From a virus, in IMG/VR virus record IMGVR_UViG_3300012831_000003: a DNA stretch of 35,533 nucleotides. One strand, written 5' to 3'. Made by a program: the position numbers and the translations under genes. Below, piece after piece: positions 22,862 to 31,308 of the stretch. Within the stretch, counting starts at the first letter, position 1, and each line of letters opens with the position of its first letter. The notes below the pieces were generated by a model, which was given only the letters and a program-made list of their open reading frames with translations, did not search any database and had not been told where the DNA came from.

Positions 22862-24772
22862 TCACCACGCCACGCCCGACAGGCCGGCGATCATGCCCGG
22901 GCGACGCATGCCCCAGGACACGTCCTGAATCATGCGCACACCAATGCTGGCGGTCTGCCACAAGCTGCGAACCGGCGCGGCCGCCGTGCCGTCGCCGGCA
23001 ACAATCGGGGCCACTGCGGTGGGGCTGCTTTCCATATGCAGGGTGGCCACGTCGGACACGTCGTAAGTCGGTTGATCGCCGGTCGCGCTGGCGAAGTCGG
23101 CCAAGTCCATCAAAATGACGGTGCCCACCGGCATATTCAGCGACGTAATTAGGGTGATGCCCAACAGATTGCCGCCTTGGATTTCGGCCTGATAGGTGAA
23201 GTCACCGGATGCGGACTGCACCATGCCCAGGCCCACGGCGTGAACCGGGTTCATGACGAAAGCAAGGCGACGGCCGCCGCCGGCTGACGTGATCGCGGTA
23301 AGTAGCGTTTTCAGGTCGGTGACAATCTGCGCGTTGGTACTGCCGGCGCTCGGTGTGAGCGTGACACCATTCAACAAACCGGCCGGGCGAGTGGAACCGG
23401 CGGCCACGTTGTCAAACAGGAACTTGTCCAGCGCGTTGGCGGTGTCCTCCAGAATCATCTGGCGGATAAGCGCCTCAATCTGCGGCGTGCTGTGCGCGGC
23501 AAGCTCGCGGGTGAACGTCGAAATGACCGCCAGCTTGTGCGGCGATAGGGTCACACCAGTGATGTTGCCTTGCTTCACTGGGATGGGCGCGCCTTCGCCG
23601 ATCCAATCACCAGCCAAGTCACCGGTCGTGCCGCGCCCTGGCACCACCACCTTGCCAGACCGGCCGAAGGTAAAGCGGATACCACGGGCGGTAAGTGCGG
23701 CATACAGCGAATCACGCTGCAACGAGTCGATAAAATCGGCCGTGGTCTGCGCCACCAACTCTGCCGCCCACCCTGGGGTGACGGTATCGGCCGGCGCGCT
23801 CACCGCGCGGATGTAATGCTCAAGCTCGTTATTGCCCGCATAGCGCTCGCGCAGCACATTGCCAAGCGGCGTGCGGGTGACATGCGCCAGCACCATGGCG
23901 GCGGCAGTCTTGAAAATGAGATCACCCTGCACCGGCTTGGGCTGGGCGCGGACGATGATCGATGACGGGCGCACGCCAGCCGGCACCACCGTGCCCGAAA
24001 CTTGGCGCGGGGTGACCGGCGCCACAGCACTGGCACTCATGTTGCGTTCGCTGCGTTCCAACGCCTCCAACTCGCGTTGGTCCGTTTCAATCTCGGCGTT
24101 GAGCCGTTCAATTTCGGCGCTGCGCTGTTCGTCGATCACGTCGGCGTCAAGCTCGGCGGCCAACTGCGCGCGGTTCGCCTGCAACGCGGCTTTGCGCGCC
24201 GCGATCTTTTCGGCAATGGTCATTTTGGTGTGTCCGGTTGGATGCGCGGCGGTGCCGGCGTGCTTGTGATTGCTCGCGGACGGATCGCGGCCCGGTACGG
24301 CGTAGGCTTTAACAGCGGTGATCGCGGCGGCGGCATTGGCCGGAATGGTCACGGCCGACAATTCCAGCCATTCCCATTCGGAAAAGATGAGACCGGTTTT
24401 CCCTGGCTGCGTTTTGAGCGCGCGAAAACCGATAGAGAAGAAGCGCACAAGGCCCGCTTTCAGCTCGGCCCAGTGGTTGTCAATGGCATTCAAGGTTCCT
24501 TCGGGCGCGAATTCCGCCTCAACCTCGATGCCTTCGCTTGTGACCTTGGCGGACACGACATTGCCCACCGGGTAGGTGGGGTCGTGTTGCCACAACAGCG
24601 GAATGGGTAGCTGAAACTTCGCGCCTGCCGGCAGCACCACATCGCCCATGCGATCCACATCCGGGGTGGTCGCAATGCCGGTGATGCGACGGCGCCCGCC
24701 GTCCTCCACCGCTTTGATGGTGGTTCGCAGGTCTAAAACATGATCCACGCATTTTTCGCGGACTACGTTCAC
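22862..24772 (-). CDS. Prohead protease (S78/U35) fused to an HK97-family major capsid protein
   Basis: The N-terminus (GIATTPDVDRMGDVVLPAGAKF..LLWQHD..FSIGF..LELSAVTIPAN) is the protease. It is followed by a coiled-coil delta-like segment and then a capsid fold region. GTG start. Confidence 0.9.
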   Translation of the reverse strand: MNVVREKCVDHVLDLRTTIKAVEDGGRRRITGIATTPDVDRMGDVVLPAGAKFQLPIPLLWQHDPTYPVGNVVSAKVTSEGIEVEAEFAPEGTLNAIDNHWAELKAGLVRFFSIGFRALKTQPGKTGLIFSEWEWLELSAVTIPANAAAAITAVKAYAVPGRDPSASNHKHAGTAAHPTGHTKMTIAEKIAARKAALQANRAQLAAELDADVIDEQRSAEIERLNAEIETDQRELEALERSERNMSASAVAPVTPRQVSGTVVPAGVRPSSIIVRAQPKPVQGDLIFKTAAAMVLAHVTRTPLGNVLRERYAGNNELEHYIRAVSAPADTVTPGWAAELVAQTTADFIDSLQRDSLYAALTARGIRFTFGRSGKVVVPGRGTTGDLAGDWIGEGAPIPVKQGNITGVTLSPHKLAVISTFTRELAAHSTPQIEALIRQMILEDTANALDKFLFDNVAAGSTRPAGLLNGVTLTPSAGSTNAQIVTDLKTLLTAITSAGGGRRLAFVMNPVHAVGLGMVQSASGDFTYQAEIQGGNLLGITLITSLNMPVGTVILMDLADFASATGDQPTYDVSDVATLHMESSPTAVAPIVAGDGTAAAPVRSLWQTASIGVRMIQDVSWGMRRPGMIAGLSGVAW

Positions 24773-24828
24773 GCGAATGACCCCAATTGAACCGGGGCCA
24801 TCCTCGCGGCGAATTTGTTTACGAGGGT

Positions 24829-25056
24829 TTACACCTTGCGGGTGTGTTTGGCATGTACCCGTTGCAGCGCGGCGACAGTTCGATATTCAGGGCATCGCCC
24901 ACGCTCGCCGGTGGCCAACAGCGTGATGGTGGTTCGCGACAAGCCGGTCTCGCGCGCAATCTGCGAACGGCGCAGCGGCACCGCCTCAAGTGAGGCGATC
25001 AACGCGGACACATCAAGGGGCACGTAATGGCGCGGCATGGGCGCATTTTCTGTCAT
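24829..25056 (-). CDS. Small HTH DNA-binding protein inside the head module
   Basis: ATG at 25056. RRSQIARETGLSRTTITLLATGER reads as an HTH. High GC3. Confidence 0.6.
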   Translation of the reverse strand: MTENAPMPRHYVPLDVSALIASLEAVPLRRSQIARETGLSRTTITLLATGERGRCPEYRTVAALQRVHAKHTRKV

Positions 25057-25105
25057 CGCTTGCAAACAGGGCGCAAGCCAATCACACACCGTCACCCTCG
25101 CGCAC

Positions 25106-25132
25106 AAAAAAAGCCCCGACAAACGCCGGGGC
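25106..25132 (-). terminator. Rho-independent terminator directly after terL
   Basis: The minus strand reads GCCCCG-GCGTTTGT-CGGGGC followed by TTTTTTT (plus-strand A run at 25106-25112). Confidence 0.75.
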
Positions 25133-25170
25133 AATATTTGTTCACTGCGCCGAGGAAGCGCGCGCGCAGC

Positions 25171-26727
25171 CTACGCGATCATGGCCGCCACGTCAGCGGT
25201 GGGCACCGGCTGGGTGGCGCCGCGCATAGCCATGGCCAGCGCTTGCGCCGGGTCAATGCGTCGATTCTTCATCCGTTTGTCGAACTTGCGGCCGCCGGCT
25301 GGGTCACGCTGCACCGCTACGTTGGCGATTGACCAGCGCAACACCGGGTTGCCGCCGTGGCGAAGCTGGCGATTCAAAACTACAGACTCCAGCGCGTCCA
25401 CTGCGCCGGTGAAATCCTTGTATCCCTGGCCCATTTCCACCAGCGGCAGCATTACGCCGATTTTGGCAAGCTGCAATTTCAACTCTGCGATACGCCACCG
25501 GTCGAATTGGATTTGCGTCACCGGCAGATCGGTACAGATTTCGGCGATGCGATAGGCCAACAGTTCGTAGTCCAGCATCGATCCTGGCAGCGTTTCGATA
25601 TATCCCTCTTTCACCCATAGCTCATAGGGTGCGCGGTCCTTGCCCTGCCGGTCGATAAGCGTATCGGCCGGCGTCCAGATGTGCAGCCGCGCGTGCCAAT
25701 TACCGGCGTCATCCTGCGCAACCAACGCCAGTGCCGTAAGGTCATGCCGCGAAGATAGATCAAGGCCGCCATACACTGGGCCGCGCAAGAATGGGTCATT
25801 AGATACCGCGCCGCCGCAGTCGTCCCACAGGTTGGGTGGAATGAAATGCTCGGTTGCGCGCACGCGCTGATTCAAGATGAAATTGCGGAACGACGATTCA
25901 CGCGACGGCATGCGCTTGGCTTCGCTCGCTTGGCGCTCCAGGTCAGCGCGATCCCGCACGCCATAGGCCATAGCGGGGTTGGCCGCTTCCCATGCGGCGG
26001 GATCGTCAATTTCGCAGCCCACCGGCGCGGTGTGTAGATGGCAAACGATGGCCGGATCGGCGCCACTGAGCGCGTCATCGATCAACTGCGAAAGTAGGTC
26101 ACCATCGTTTGCGGCCTGCGTCGAGATGATGATTTCCAGTGAATCAGGATAGGAACCCATGGCCGATGTCAGCGCGTTGAAAAGCGCGTCATTGGGCCCT
26201 TCTACCTGCCCCAGTTCGTCGTGGATGCATAGACGCACACCAAAGCCCACAGCCGTGGTGGCTTCGGCGGACAGGGCGCGGTAGGTAGTGCCGAATTGCG
26301 GACACACAATTTCTTTCGCCGAGTCGCGCACCACAAAATGCGATGTCAGACCGGAGGCGCGAATCATTTTTTTGCAGTATTCAAACACCACGGATGCCTG
26401 CTGACGTGACCGCGCGGCCGATAGCACCAGTGAATTTGGCACCATCAACGGGCCGAAGAGCGCGGCCAACACGATGATTGCCACCGTTGCAGTTTTGGTG
26501 TTGCGACGTGCCACCGACAGGATGGCGCGGCGCACACCATCGCGGAACGCATCGGCGATGAAATCCACTTGAAATGGCATTAGCTCCAGCGGCTGGCCCA
26601 CCAGGACACCCTCTGGCACCATCAGGATGTTGGAAAACTCCAGCACCTCCAGGGCACGACGCGATGGTCGGCCGCGCTTTCGGCGACGTACGGGGCGCGG
26701 TGCGGCCTTACGCTTCGCTTGAGACAT
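25171..26727 (-). CDS. terL: Terminase large subunit
   Basis: MSQAKRK start at 26727. Walker-A-like SVARRNTKTA, Walker B LCIHDELGQ, and a C-terminal nuclease-type region. Confidence 0.9.
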   Translation of the reverse strand: MSQAKRKAAPRPVRRRKRGRPSRRALEVLEFSNILMVPEGVLVGQPLELMPFQVDFIADAFRDGVRRAILSVARRNTKTATVAIIVLAALFGPLMVPNSLVLSAARSRQQASVVFEYCKKMIRASGLTSHFVVRDSAKEIVCPQFGTTYRALSAEATTAVGFGVRLCIHDELGQVEGPNDALFNALTSAMGSYPDSLEIIISTQAANDGDLLSQLIDDALSGADPAIVCHLHTAPVGCEIDDPAAWEAANPAMAYGVRDRADLERQASEAKRMPSRESSFRNFILNQRVRATEHFIPPNLWDDCGGAVSNDPFLRGPVYGGLDLSSRHDLTALALVAQDDAGNWHARLHIWTPADTLIDRQGKDRAPYELWVKEGYIETLPGSMLDYELLAYRIAEICTDLPVTQIQFDRWRIAELKLQLAKIGVMLPLVEMGQGYKDFTGAVDALESVVLNRQLRHGGNPVLRWSIANVAVQRDPAGGRKFDKRMKNRRIDPAQALAMAMRGATQPVPTADVAAMIA

Positions 26728-27040
26728 GGCCCGACACCACAGCGGTGTGCAGGCGCTGCAATCCTTCAACGGCTTTGCGCAGATCGCGCTCACGTTCAAA
26801 GTTGAGATTGTCGCGCGTGATGGGTAAGTCGGGCATGTCGTGAAGCACGCCGGCCAGTTGGTAGCGAACGGCCAGCTTCAACTGCCGCAGCTCCGCCAGC
26901 TCGGTGAGGGCTTGATTGATTCCGCGCTCAACGGTGCGGTATGCGTCCTGATATTTTGCCCCGCCATCGCGAGGCAACGGCAGTTCGGCCAAGTCTTCCA
27001 ATGCGTGCTTGATTTCGCCGGCGGATGGGTAAAGGGTCAT
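26708..27040 (-). CDS. Hypothetical coiled-coil protein between terS and terL
   Basis: The ATG at 27040 overlaps the terS stop (ATGA). 110 aa. Confidence 0.6.
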   Translation of the reverse strand: MTLYPSAGEIKHALEDLAELPLPRDGGAKYQDAYRTVERGINQALTELAELRQLKLAVRYQLAGVLHDMPDLPITRDNLNFERERDLRKAVEGLQRLHTAVVSGHVSSEA

Positions 27041-27468
27041 TTGCCTTTCCCCTTCACCGGCACCAAAGCGCGCCATCCTTCGCCCTGCTGCGCGCCGGCC
27101 GATTGTCCGGTTGGACTGTTGGCCATGCTGCCGTGAATCTCGCGGTGGGTTCGCGTGGCCGGATACATGCGCAAGTCTTTTTGCAGACGATGCACCTGCT
27201 TTGCGTACTCCAGGGCGATGCGATGCATCTTGATGTCGGGCTTTCCGGCCTTGTCGGCGGCGTCCAGGGCGCGTTGCATCGCGCGATGACGTTGCAGAAT
27301 TTCCAGGTACATCAACAGCCCGCGCATGTCGGCGGGCACAAAGTAGCCGGGCGGGAAGCGCGAAAATTCCTCATCCCAAATTTTTCGCGTGGCGGGCGAC
27401 AAATCAGCCGGCGGCGCCAACTGCACGTTGATTTTGCGCAAATTCGGGTCAATCTGCGGACGGGCCAT
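27037..27468 (-). CDS. terS: Terminase small subunit, P27-like
   Basis: ATG at 27468 with AGAGGTG upstream. 143 aa. Positioned downstream of HNH and upstream of terL. The family call is partly positional. Confidence 0.65.
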   Translation of the reverse strand: MARPQIDPNLRKINVQLAPPADLSPATRKIWDEEFSRFPPGYFVPADMRGLLMYLEILQRHRAMQRALDAADKAGKPDIKMHRIALEYAKQVHRLQKDLRMYPATRTHREIHGSMANSPTGQSAGAQQGEGWRALVPVKGKGK

Positions 27469-27538
27469 GGGGTTGCACCTCTTGTGGCGGTGGTTGCGGT
27501 GATGCGCCCAAATGCTTGAATTCGTGGGCGGTTGGAAT

Positions 27539-27853
27539 TTAAAAAAGGGCGGGGATGGGGGGTCGGTTAGATCGGTTCGTCTCCAATTTTTTTGATCCCC
27601 CCCCGGGGTTTTGTCCCCCGGCCGGTTCAATGCGAGCGCGAATGGCTTTCAACACTTCCATTCCATACGCGCCCACCTCGCCTGCCATGGCACGGGTGTG
27701 CAGGGTGTGCCGTGCTTGCAGTTGGCGGACGCGCTCGCGCGTGCATCCCAGGCGCTGGCCTACAGCCTCCAGCGTCAAACCTTGCGCGCGATACGCGGCC
27801 ACCACTGCATCCCGTACCCGTGCCCGCTCTTGGATCGCGTCACGGTCTGTCAC
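27539..27853 (-). CDS. Sigma-70 region-4-like HTH protein
   Basis: LTLEAVGQRLGCTRERVRQLQARH matches the region 4.2 pattern TLEEIG...GVTRERVRQIE. GTG at 27853 with AGGGG 8 nt upstream. The 3' end runs through homopolymer tracts. Confidence 0.55.
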   Translation of the reverse strand: MTDRDAIQERARVRDAVVAAYRAQGLTLEAVGQRLGCTRERVRQLQARHTLHTRAMAGEVGAYGMEVLKAIRARIEPAGGQNPGGGSKKLETNRSNRPPIPALF

Positions 27854-27864
27854 ATCGCACGCCC

Positions 27865-28542
27865 CTACCCCTGCGTTACTCCACGCACGCGACCATGCGC
27901 AGGTGTGTAGCCCGATGGTGCGGGGGCTGGCCCCATCCATCGGCGCAAGGCGTCGTTACTTCCATTGAACCGATCACCATCCACCGGGCCAGTGATACCC
28001 GGCACGGTTGCGCTATCGGTGTACTGCCACAGCGTCCACACAGGCCATGTGGCCTTGGGCCAGCTCGGGGCGCTGGCCGTGGTGTACTGGGCCACCCACA
28101 GTGCGGTGGCTTCCAAGGATTCATCCACGGCACCGGATGGAACCTGATCCTTAATCAGATGTCCCGAATAGATGGCCACTTGCAGGTTGCGTGGGTCGGC
28201 GGCGAGATAGGCCACGGCCGCGCGCAAATCATCTATGGACGGGTCGGGGTGACCACTCAACGGCTCGTGGTCAATGCAGACGCGCTCGCCATACACAGGT
28301 TGCACGGTGTCGAGATAGTGCGCCATTTGTGCCGACACATTGCCGGCCTCAAGGAAATGGTAGGACGCGAACAGCAGTCCCGCTTTCTCTGCCGCTGCAC
28401 GACGTGCGGCAAACTTGGGATCAACGTATGACGTGCCCTGTGTAGCCTTGTGGAAGATGCCCACCACGCCAGCCGATGCGACCTTGGCAAAGTCCGGGTC
28501 GCTGTTGTGGTGGGACAGATCAATTACCGATGGGACGGTCAT
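27865..28542 (-). CDS. Endolysin, glycoside hydrolase family 25 muramidase
   Basis: VIDLSHHNSDPDFAKV..GIFHKATQGTSYVDPKF...WQYT...GPVDGDRFNGS. ATG at 28542 with GAGG 5 nt upstream. Confidence 0.85.
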   Translation of the reverse strand: MTVPSVIDLSHHNSDPDFAKVASAGVVGIFHKATQGTSYVDPKFAARRAAAEKAGLLFASYHFLEAGNVSAQMAHYLDTVQPVYGERVCIDHEPLSGHPDPSIDDLRAAVAYLAADPRNLQVAIYSGHLIKDQVPSGAVDESLEATALWVAQYTTASAPSWPKATWPVWTLWQYTDSATVPGITGPVDGDRFNGSNDALRRWMGPAPAPSGYTPAHGRVRGVTQG

Positions 28543-28549
28543 ATCAACC

Positions 28550-28894
28550 TCATTCGTCGGTGTCATTGGCACGTGCCTTTTGATAGTCAAAGGCGTTCCA
28601 CCAGTGACGGGGATCGCGTGGCTGCCCTTGCTTTGTTGCTCCCCATTCATTGCCGCCGTGTCCTTTCTCGATATGGCGTTTGTTGTCACAAGTCGGGCAC
28701 AACGTGCGCAGGTTGTCAGTGCGCATGGCCAACTCGGGCGCTTGCCGTCGCGGCACGATGTGGTCAACGCGGGCCATGCCCTTGTAGTGAACCTTTGCCC
28801 CGCACATCACACAGAGCCACCGGTCACGGCGCAGCACCGCTAGGCGAATGTCACGCCAAGCGGCCGACAGATAAAAGGGGTCTGCCTTTTTCAT
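28550..28894 (-). CDS. HNH endonuclease (packaging-associated)
   Basis: CVMCG...VDHIVPR...NLRTLCPTCDNKRH. Upstream of the terminase genes, as in HK97-like cos phages. Confidence 0.85.
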   Translation of the reverse strand: MKKADPFYLSAAWRDIRLAVLRRDRWLCVMCGAKVHYKGMARVDHIVPRRQAPELAMRTDNLRTLCPTCDNKRHIEKGHGGNEWGATKQGQPRDPRHWWNAFDYQKARANDTDE

Positions 28895-28896
28895 CG

Positions 28897-29190
28897 CTAC
28901 GGTTTCAGCCCTGCATGTTTCGCATCTGCGGTGGCTGGCACTTCCACAGCGCGCGCGGCTTTAAATGCGTTGAACTCCGCAGTGAGTCGCGCCGCCTCTT
29001 CTTCATCGTCCACGGGCTCACCGAAGCGGACGAACACTTCCAACGTCGCGCGCCACAGGCTCTCACCGGCTACACCTTCAATGTGAACCGCGTTGCATGG
29101 AATCTCCGCACCATCTGGCGTGCGCACGCAACTACCCGCCACACATGGGGCACCATCGCGCACTCGCTGGTGAACCGTGATGCATTTCAT
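28897..29190 (-). CDS. Hypothetical protein
   Basis: 97-aa ORF in the operon. Confidence 0.55.
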   Translation of the reverse strand: MKCITVHQRVRDGAPCVAGSCVRTPDGAEIPCNAVHIEGVAGESLWRATLEVFVRFGEPVDDEEEAARLTAEFNAFKAARAVEVPATADAKHAGLKP

Positions 29191-29909
29191 GGCGAGGGTT
29201 CCTCTTCTTCGCCTTCATCGTCCGGCGGTTGCACGATGTTGTGATCGCCCACCGGCAATGGCGGGGTGTTCGTCCATTCGTTCGCCGTTTGCTGGGCAGC
29301 GGCAGTGGGCGATTGCCATAGGCTGGCGTCATCACCGAATTGGCTTTGTTGCTGCTGTGCTTCCAACTCGCCCTCTTGCTGGGCATCTTCGGCGGTGATG
29401 TCTGCCACTTGGCCCAGATACTGGGCAAAAGCTTCGATCCAGGCTTGCGGGGTCATGGTGTTGTGAACTCCAGTTAGGCGCACCAGCAATGCCGCGATGG
29501 CATCGCGTTGGCGGTAAGTAAGGTGAAGGCGGCGGCGTTGGTGCTTGCGCACAGCCACACGGGTGCCGTGCAGCCAACGCAAGGCGTTGCGAATCTCACC
29601 CGCGCTGCCCGCCGCGATGTGCATCACCACATGTTCCTGGGCATCGGCGCGAATCGTCAGCCGGCCCACATCCTGTGCGACAAATGAAGATCGGAATTCT
29701 TGCGCCAATAGTTCGCGCTGCAACTCGGCAAGCCCAGGCGACGGATTGCGTTCCGGCGGCGGTGCTGAACCTGAAACAGTCGGCAGCGGGAATATCCATC
29801 GCCCGATGCGTCGGATAACATGCATCACCCCGTGGGTGGCGCTGGCGTGTCGTCCCGCCGGGGTGGCGGGGCGCTTCGGCGCCCCGTCTTCGTTGGTGGT
29901 TGTGTTCAT
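29187..29909 (-). CDS. Hypothetical protein with acidic Gln-rich tail
   Basis: The ATG at 29909 overlaps the VRR-NUC stop (ATGA). 240 aa. Confidence 0.6.
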   Translation of the reverse strand: MNTTTNEDGAPKRPATPAGRHASATHGVMHVIRRIGRWIFPLPTVSGSAPPPERNPSPGLAELQRELLAQEFRSSFVAQDVGRLTIRADAQEHVVMHIAAGSAGEIRNALRWLHGTRVAVRKHQRRRLHLTYRQRDAIAALLVRLTGVHNTMTPQAWIEAFAQYLGQVADITAEDAQQEGELEAQQQQSQFGDDASLWQSPTAAAQQTANEWTNTPPLPVGDHNIVQPPDDEGEEEEPSP

Positions 29910-30223
29910 AGCTTCACCCTCCAGCGCGCGCGCCACTGGGCCACCAACACCAATGCTTCGTCCGGGCCATGGCACAACCAAACCGGTGAACCGCGCCAGT
30001 CGCGGGCAAATGCGGATTGATCGCGGTTCAAGCCCGAACGCCCATAGGCCGTGTCGCGGTTCTTTACTTCCACAAGATGGGATTCACCCAGGACGCCCAC
30101 CAGCATGTCGGGGAAGCCCGGCACGCCTGCCAATGCCATATCCGCGACGCTGCACCCGGCACCCTCAAAGGTGGATCGCACAGCGTCGTGGTTGCGGTCG
30201 CGGCTGCCCCGGTAGCGATTCAT
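29906..30223 (-). CDS. VRR-NUC domain nuclease
   Basis: PDMLVGVLGESHLVEVK is a PD-(D/E)xK motif in a ~100-aa protein. Confidence 0.75.
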   Translation of the reverse strand: MNRYRGSRDRNHDAVRSTFEGAGCSVADMALAGVPGFPDMLVGVLGESHLVEVKNRDTAYGRSGLNRDQSAFARDWRGSPVWLCHGPDEALVLVAQWRARWRVKL

Positions 30224-30549
30224 GGATCGTCATCCCCAGGCGCAGGCTTGTCTGGCATGGTGGAATCGAGAAAGCCGGGCTCGGTCGGCATCCTGCCGAA
30301 ATAGAACTTGACCACGTAGTCTAGTTTTGCGGACAGGTAGCCCAGCGCCACGCCAAGGAATCCGGCCACGGCCGCATCGTTCACCACAAGCGTGCCCAGG
30401 ATTTCCAGGGTTGCCAGTGACAGGAACCCAATCATCATCACCAGCGCCAGCACGTGGCGGACAAAGGCGCGTTGCAGATACAGCCATTCCACCGTAGTGG
30501 TTCGGTTGATCCATTGGCGCAACACGCCCATGTGCCGTTCTTCGCTCAT
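30220..30549 (-). CDS. Membrane protein, two TM helices
   Basis: VLALVMMIGFLSLATLEILGTLVV and AVAGFLGVALGYL. Confidence 0.65.
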   Translation of the reverse strand: MSEERHMGVLRQWINRTTTVEWLYLQRAFVRHVLALVMMIGFLSLATLEILGTLVVNDAAVAGFLGVALGYLSAKLDYVVKFYFGRMPTEPGFLDSTMPDKPAPGDDDP

Positions 30550-30875
30550 TGCAGGAACTCGGCCAATGCGTCAGCCACATCCATGGGATGGGCGCGCTTG
30601 TCCAGCACCATGGCGATGGTGGCTGGATCGGCATCGGCCGGGCGCTCCAGGTACACCCGATCCCGCACCACGGTGACCGCCGACAGATGGCCATTGCGGA
30701 ATGAGCGCTTGCGCACCACCGCCACCGCCACTGCCGCTATTTCGTCCTGGGTGTGCAGGTGGAGCATTCCCACCATGAGGGGATAGCCACACAGGGTATC
30801 CATGCACAGGAAGCGCGCACGCGCGTCTGCGGTGCGCTGGCGTTCGTACAGGGTCACCAGCTCATCCCGCCGCAT
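30546..30875 (-). CDS. Hypothetical protein
   Basis: 109-aa ORF. ATGA overlap. Confidence 0.55.
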   Translation of the reverse strand: MRRDELVTLYERQRTADARARFLCMDTLCGYPLMVGMLHLHTQDEIAAVAVAVVRKRSFRNGHLSAVTVVRDRVYLERPADADPATIAMVLDKRAHPMDVADALAEFLQ

Positions 30876-31050
30876 GGCTGCACTTCCCGATCAAGGCGAC
30901 GAATCCCAGCAGCAGCCCGCCGGCCAGTGCCCATGCCAGCGCCTCCAGGATCACGCCCGCGCCCTTGGGGTGGTATCCGCCGGGTGTGGTGCTGTTGATC
31001 GATTCTGCTGCGCCTCTTGCCCATGCATGCTCGTCGTCGCGCTTTTCCAT
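30862..31050 (-). CDS. Small C-terminally anchored membrane protein
   Basis: VILEALAWALAGGLLLGFVALI. First ORF after the non-coding island. Confidence 0.55.
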   Translation of the reverse strand: MEKRDDEHAWARGAAESINSTTPGGYHPKGAGVILEALAWALAGGLLLGFVALIGKCSHAAG

Positions 31051-31141
31051 GAGTCACCATCCCAAGTGATGCGGCCCGAAGGCCGGCGGTTTTGACTTCG
31101 ACTGTCTTTCACTCGCGCGCCCGCGCGTATGGATATGGAAA

Positions 31142-31163
31142 GCTTTTAAAAGCTTTTAAAAGC
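31142..31163. repeat. Two overlapping copies of the perfect palindrome GCTTTTAAAAGC
   Basis: 31142-31153 and 31152-31163. This is the most AT-rich stretch seen in the window. Confidence 0.9.
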
Positions 31164-31178
31164 GCAAGGCGCGTGCCA
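31164..31178 (-). promoter_or_regulatory. Sigma-54-type -24/-12 element candidate
   Basis: The minus strand reads TGGCAC-GCGCC-TTGC, an exact core consensus spacing. It points at the 30862..31050 operon. Confidence 0.35.
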
Positions 31179-31265
31179 AATTTTTCGCGTCACCCTCTGG
31201 AAAACTCGGGCAATTTCGATCACCCTGTGTCATGCGTGATGCGGTGACTTCCATCCGCATGCGTC

Positions 31266-31308
31266 TGTAGATAAGTCGGTGGATAACCGGTTCGTATGTG
31301 GTGGACAA
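31266..31308. promoter_or_regulatory. Cluster of DnaA-box-like 9-mers
   Basis: The reverse complements read TTATCTACA (31266-31274), TTATCCACC (31278-31286) and TTGTCCACC (31300-31308), against the consensus TTATCCACA. Confidence 0.5.

Noticed and set aside
25090-25099. A shared 10-mer CGTCACCCTC at 25090-25099 and 31188-31197, plus GTCACCCT at 1-8, as a regulatory motif.
   Set aside because: Exact 10-mer coincidences are expected by chance many times in 35 kb. Even restricted to about 2 kb of intergenic DNA, roughly one is expected. The flanks diverge beyond the match.
25057-25105. A second sigma-54-like element (TTGGCTTGCGCCCTGTTTGCA) upstream of the small HTH gene.
   Set aside because: The GG-to-GC spacing is 16 nt rather than the 12 nt required, so it does not fit a -24/-12 promoter.
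31139-31164. The AAGCTTTTAA tandem repeat as a CRISPR or satellite array.
   Set aside because: There are only two overlapping copies of a 12-bp palindrome and no spacers. It is better explained as an AT-rich protein-binding or unwinding element.
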